The notes under the pieces are model-generated. The model made no database searches, was not told where the DNA came from, and saw nothing but the letters and a program-made list of their open reading frames with translations. Position numbers and translations under genes: made by a program. 64,000 nucleotides of DNA, from contig CP068257.2 of NCBI GenBank assembly GCA_009914755.4, positions 25,312,001 to 25,376,000 of the forward strand, given 5' to 3'. The stretch comes from the human T2T-CHM13v2.0 reference genome, Homo sapiens. Shown piece by piece: positions 57,701 through 64,000 of this stretch; within the stretch, counting starts at the first letter, position 1; the number at the start of each line of letters is the position of its first letter.

Positions 57701-58703
57701 TTGTGGAGTCTTTTCCTCTTGTTAGAACTAATCCTTTTGGAATGTCAGATTGTCCCCAAGACTGATAATTAAACATGAAAAATTAGGCTTTGGGGAAGTC
57801 ATGAAAATTAGAGCCAACAAGCCTTGACTTCTTTCTTACTGTTCTGTACCTAGAAGAAGAATAGTTTATTCCCTTTAATATCTAAAATGTCCTGATTATG
57901 AACGTTTCTTTTCTGACTGTTTCCAATTTACCTGTCAGTTCACCAGAACTGGAGACACTTAAAGCTTGTTTTACAGTGTGTTGCTAGCACCCAGAAGAGT
58001 CCCTAACATATAATATAAGCTCAATAAATACATGTTTATTGAACGAGTAAATAAATTACAGGTCTGGTTTCATGGAAAAAAATGAAAATGCATTGGAGAT
58101 GTGTCTTCAAAACATAAATAAGTAACGTAAATGGAGAAACTTGCAATTTAAGAGACTAGAAGCAATATCAAATGATGAATCAAGTATTTGTTACCCACAA
58201 GAAACTATTGGTCAGTTTTATGGGTTGAATTTTGTCCCTCAATAAAATTCGTATGTTGAAGTTTTAACCTCCAGTGTCCCTGAATGTGACCTTATGTGGA
58301 AATAAGGTTATTGCAGATGTAATTAGTTAAGATGGGGTTATACCAGACTAAGGTGGTCCTCCAATCCAATTTGACTAATGTCCTTAAAAAAAAGGGAAAT
58401 TTGGATACAGACAGGCACAAAGTGAGAATGCCATTTGAAAACTGGAGATATGCTGCCATAGTCAAGGGAGGTCAGAGATTGCCAGCAAACCACAAGACCT
58501 TACAGAAAAGACCTCAGCCATTTTCCATGGTAAGCAGAAGAAACCAACTCTGCCAACATCCTGATTTTGGGCTTCTAGCCTCTAAAACTGTGGGGCAACA
58601 TATTTCTCTTCTTTAAGGTACCCAGTTTGTGGTTCTTTTTATGGCAGCCCTGGCAAACCAATACAGTTAGTAATGGTGATATTGTTTTAAAAAGTTAATA
58701 GAG

Positions 58704-58994
58704 GGTTGGGCACATGGTTCAGTCCTGTAATCCCAGCACTTTGGGAGACTGAGGTGGGCAGATTGCTTGAGTGCAGGAGTTCAAGACCAGCCTGGTCAAC
58801 ATGGTGAAACCCCATCTCTACAAAAAATATAAAAATTAGCCGGGCATGGTGACACATGCCTCTAGTCCCCGCTACTTGGGAGGCAGAGATGAGAGGATCG
58901 CTTGAGCCTGGGAGTGAGCTAAGATCACACCACCACACTCTAGCCTGGGTGACAGGGCGAGACTCTGTCTCAAAAAAAAAAAAAAAAAAAAAAG
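58704..58994 (+). mobile_element. Alu SINE (AluS-like), sense, with a 22-nt poly(A) tail.
   Basis: gggttgggcacatggttcagtcctgtaatcccagcactttgggagactgaggtgggcagattgcttgag...ctagcctgggtgacagggcgagactctgtctc(a)22. The flanks aaaagttaata and aaaagtaaata are an approximate target-site duplication. Confidence 0.9.
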
Positions 58995-59517
58995 TAAATA
59001 AAAAAACTAAGGTTGATACAGGTGCTTGTGACAAAGCCAATAGCTCAGACAACATTTCCCCTGCAAACTCAGATTCCATTAATTCACGGAAAAGTTTCTC
59101 TTTTTGACATGTGCAATTAGAAAAATTAGAACAGTGGCTGGACTCTATGTTACTGAAATGCAAGGGTGTGTACAAATGAAGGTTATGGAAGAGGATGTGC
59201 TCCAATAATAAATGAGAAAGCTGGGCAAGTTCATGAAATATTTCAATTTGAGAAGGTACCAGTTTGCCAGAGACTAACAGGTCCTACTCAAAGTCTTCTA
59301 GTGTTTTATCTACTTCCCTAATTTTAAATTAAGAATCTCAGTACATCCAATGGGGACCCTGGGATATTCAGACGTAGTTTAAGAATTGAGAACCATCCAG
59401 CTGCTGAATCTTGAGTAAGAAGGCAAAGACTACAGTAAGCTGATAGGAACACATGTTCTCTTATCTTTATGCCTTTCTGCAGGGAGGCAATCATAAAACA
59501 GGATGAGGAAAACACTC

Positions 59518-59901
59518 TGATTTGGTTTGGCTGTGTCTCTACCCAAATCTCATCTTGAATTATAGCTTCTATAATTCCCATGCATTGTAGGAGCGACCTG
59601 TTGGGAGGTAATTGAATCACAGGGACAGGCCTTACCCATGCTGTTCTCATGATAGTGAATAAGTCTCAGGAGATCTGATGGTTTTATAAAGGTGAATTCC
59701 CCTGCACAAGCTCCTCTTGCCTGCCTCCATGTAAAACATCTCTTTGCTCTTCCTTTGTCTTCCACCATGATTGTGAGGCATCTGGAACAACTCCTGAACT
59801 AGGATTACATGTGGAACTGTGAGTCCATTAAACTTATTTCCTTTATAAATTACCCAGTCTCAGCTATGTCTTTATTAGCAACATGAGAACAGACTAATAC
59901 A
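59518..59901 (+). mobile_element. Solo MaLR LTR, THE1 family, sense.
   Basis: tgatttggtttggctgtgtctctacccaaatctcatcttgaattatagcttctataattcccatgcattgtaggagcgacctgttgggaggtaattgaatca ... ctttataaattacccagtctcagctatgtctttattagcaacatgagaacagactaataca. Confidence 0.85.
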
Positions 59902-61706
59902 TCCTCCTGGAAACTTTTCAGCTGACTTAGTCCAGCAGAAACACCATCACAACACCTAAGTGAAGGATGAAGGGTGAAGCCTGTGACAATGGCTTTCATA
60001 GTGGATTTCTCGAACAGGATTTATTTTCTGTGACAGAGATGTGTCTCTGATGCCATATCTATAAAATATCAATAAAGCTGATAAAGAAAATGCCAAATCG
60101 GAAGTGGCTGAGGGGAGAATTTTCCCACAATACTTTGAAAGAACCCCATTGATAATTTTTCTTCTCTTCATCAAAGATTGGGAAAACAGTGAATCAAAGT
60201 TGGGCACTTCAAATTAGATGGAGTAGAGTTGTTTATATGATTTTTTTTTAGTAATGTTGCTTTCCCACATCCTATTCTGACTCTTTTTAAACTTCATGTT
60301 GGCCATTCAAAGCAAGGGGACATTTTTAGAGGCATGTTAACTTGCTATGGAGACAGTGACCCTAGCATTTGGGGCTTCTGTGGGAAGGAAGGCCTTAGCC
60401 ACAGGCAATTCCTGTTGACGTTCACAGTGAGGCAGCATCTGAGACGATCCTTCTACTCTTCAAAGTGTAATAAAAGACATATTTTTAAAAGTGAGTACTC
60501 ATTTAGTGAATGCTTCCAAGTAATCTTCCACCTAACAACTTAGGGCAGAGAGTTTGTACTTCGGAATATATCGGGAAGATACATGTATTTGTTATCACCT
60601 ATTTTTACATTTATTTTTATTGAAATAGATATTTAGGCCACTACCCTAGTTTTGTAGCTACATACTGGCAGAAAATTCTTAAGTTATTAGCAAGATTCAT
60701 GAAAATAACAAAGATAGAACAAATATAGTTCGTGTGAAATGAAGAGTTAACGACAATGTCAAAGGGGAAGTCATAGGAAGATGCAGATTTACTCACTTCA
60801 GCTCTGTACTGGAAACTCTTATTTTTTCTCCTTTACAAAAATCTACGAACTATATTTTGCTTTGTTAATTTGAACAACTTAGGTTTCTTCTTTGTTATTT
60901 TTCACTCATGTAGGTGCAGAGATATAAAATCAGTGATTTTGAAGAGTAACTAAAAATGAATTAATAGCCATACATTTATGCAGACAGAACTTTATTTTTA
61001 TCATCTGTTTGTCTAAATAAATAAAAAAGAAGTAACCAAACCAATTTTTCCTTTGCTGTTTGTTATTAGTCATTCAAATATTTGCCTTCTCATTGAGTTA
61101 GCGTTTTAGTCAAAATAGCTTTCAATATGCTAAAATAAGTAAACTATTAAGTTCTGGTGGAGTTTTTAAATTAAAAATAATTTATTATGCAGTGATGTAT
61201 ATTAAATGGATAGTTTAATATATGTATATGTAAATAATGTTTTTAAATAGCATTATATTTAATATAATATTTAAATAAATGTTGCCCACATTTAAAAATT
61301 TCTTATTTGTTTTTAGTTTAGTAGCTCTAAAAATTCTTTAAAATATAATACAAAATAAAACACAGTAGATTCTGTCAATTACTGAAGAGTGTATGCATAT
61401 ATAACATACCTATATGTTACACATATATAACATGCACATGTATAACAACATATAATGCTTTTCTTTGTTGTTTTTCCAAGGGCCATTATTATAAAATCAG
61501 AGATATGTTCTTCCAGAAAATGTTTGACTTGAAACATAATGGAAAATTTTAAATTAAATAACATTTAATTTTAAGTAAAAACATCTTCTGACATGATATA
61601 AATTCTCAACCTATTATTGTAATGAATTTTACCCTAATATATTAACTGGTAAAAAATATGAAAAAATACCTAAGGTTGAAATTTCTTCTTAAAATATACG
61701 TGCTAA

Positions 61707-62020
<314 letters not shown>

Positions 62021-64000
62021 ATATAGGTGCTAACTTTAAATAATAAAGTGCCATTTACCTCCATTAAAATAAAAAATGTTTAAATTATAATAGAGCAATT
62101 AAGGAAGATTTGGAAGAAATTGATATGCTCATGTGAAGAAAAACAATTCATTCAGAGAGACCACTGATTATTTTTTCTTGCAATTTATCCCGAGAGACTT
62201 AGCATGAGGGAAAATAAGAACAATAGAAGAAAGCTATTTCCCAAACTGTTCTTTTCTTGTATACAATAATTCAATATTTGCTAAATAGGGGAGTAGTTAA
62301 TTAAATCAAGGCCTATTTACTTAATCAAAATATGTGCCATTAAAAGAAAATTTATAAATATTTTGTAAGAATATGGATATAGTGTTAAGTTGGAAAAAAT
62401 AAAAATTGTTCTTGTTGTAATAGTGTTAACAACACATTAGAAGTACGTGTATATATTTGATAGTAGTCATTGCAGTGGTTAGGATAGTGAGATTATAGGT
62501 AAAATTTCTCTATTTTTCGTAATTTTATGATATCACGATATCACCTGTATAATGCAAAATAAACTTAAAGGTATTATAATACATTTGGAATTCTAAACCC
62601 CAGTGAAAGCTCTTTATTATTTCCTATGTACCAGACAGTTAAACCCAATGATACTTAGAAAGTAAAGGCAAAAAAGCAAGTGAGAATCTTCCTGAAGCTG
62701 GAAGCCATTACCTTCAGCAGACTAACACTCAGGAACAGGAAACCAAACACTGCACGCTCTGACTTATAAGTGAGAGCTGAACACTGAGAACGCATAGACA
62801 CAGGGGAGGAGAACAACACACACTAGGGCCTGTCAGGGGGCGGCGGGAGGGAGTGCATCAAGATAAACAGCAAACAGGGCTTCATACCTAGGTGATGTGG
62901 GTTGATAGGTGCCCCAACCCACCATGGCACACGTTTACCTGTACACAAACCTGCATGTCCTGCGCATGTATCCTGGAACTTTAAAAAATGTATTTTCTAT
63001 ATCCACTCTCATTATTCTGTGTTGTGCATTATTCACAATAGTCCAGGATAAGCTGTGATAAGAAACATGCCCGGCCTGTCAGAGTCAGAACATATCAACA
63101 GTTTATTTCTCAATTGCATGGTGCCTGGTGACTCTGTGCTGACTCTTCTGCTAGTAGCTACACTTGGCTTGTAAATTCTCTACCATCAGGGGAAGAGAAA
63201 GAGGAGGCACACAAGCTTTTAACTGACTTGTTCCAGAAGATACACACAACACTTCCACACACAGAACATCTACTGAAAGTCTGTTGATCAGCAGGAGACA
63301 CAGTCCTGACGGTTAACTTCAAAGAGGTCTGGGGAATGTTGCAGAAGGCCATGGCCTATTAGATAATCTCTGTCACATTCAGAAAGCAATAAAGTTCTTT
63401 GTTCAAACGACTAAGACCTCCACAAACAATGATTCAAATTCACTTTCTATCACTCACCAGCAAATAATCAGACATGTGGAAATGACCATTACGGAATTCA
63501 AAGCTAGAAGTGATGCAGAAAGCTCCTCTCCTTAGAGGGGCAGCTTGAGACTTTATTTTCCTCAATTTGATGTATTCTGATTCATCAGGTGATAGCTGGA
63601 AGCTTCGAGTCTTATACCTCAGCCTGTCTAACCCTTGTTTGGGATAGTGATGTACTCTCTTTCGGGTATCCTCTGTTCTGTTTAGTTTCTCTCTTCCTTG
63701 GCATATGGCTTTCACTTAGATTTACAATTACTATTTTTCTCAACAGGAATGTCCTTCTCTGACATCATTTCTCCTTCTTTTACTATTCTCCAGCATTGTT
63801 TTAGGTGCCAGGAATTCTTATGTGATTAAGACCGGAAACAATGTGACCCTCTTGGAGATTACTTCCTGTTGGTGGAGGGGCCATACATGAGAAAAAAAAG
63901 AGGGCCTTCAGGCCTTCTGGAGAGGACTGCCCAGCTGCTATCCTCCACAGCTCTGTCCATCATTATTTGCCTTGTGACTAAAAGGACCAATCTCATCATG

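Overview
The window is human (primate) genomic DNA: it carries Alu SINEs, L1 3' ends, THE1/MST-type MaLR LTRs and a CpG island, and shows no prokaryotic gene organisation. The only protein-coding content is the 5' end of ADAMTS5 (aggrecanase-2, chr21q21.3) on the minus strand. The 379-aa minus-strand ORF 11639..12778 matches what I recall as the ADAMTS5 N-terminus (MLLGWASLLLCAFRLPLAAVG...RRRRR/SISRARQVELLLVADASMARLYG...). Its coding exon 1 is 11675..12778 and ends at a GAG|GTAGGT donor, with intron 1 spanning 1285..11674. Coding exon 2 is 1152..1284 and encodes [17 protein letters not shown]...AFTVAHEIG, the first half of the HExxH zinc site. A 2.8-kb CpG island (about 11640..14400) covers exon 1 and about 1.6 kb of 5' flank; it contains a (G)18 homopolymer and a candidate CCAAT/TATA-like pair. 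The remaining 50 kb (14.4k..64k) is repeat-rich intergenic sequence upstream of ADAMTS5. It holds nine Alu elements, several with intact target-site duplications, and six solo THE1/MST MaLR LTRs. It also holds two L1 3'-end fragments, a compound TA/TG plus 30-bp VNTR, and several microsatellites. The most unusual structure is a roughly 520-bp, 98%-identical inverted duplication (49033..49552 and 54181..54702) flanking a 4.6-kb spacer. I found no evidence of a novel protein-coding system. The long plus-strand ORFs in the CpG island and the ORFs inside repeats are translation artefacts.
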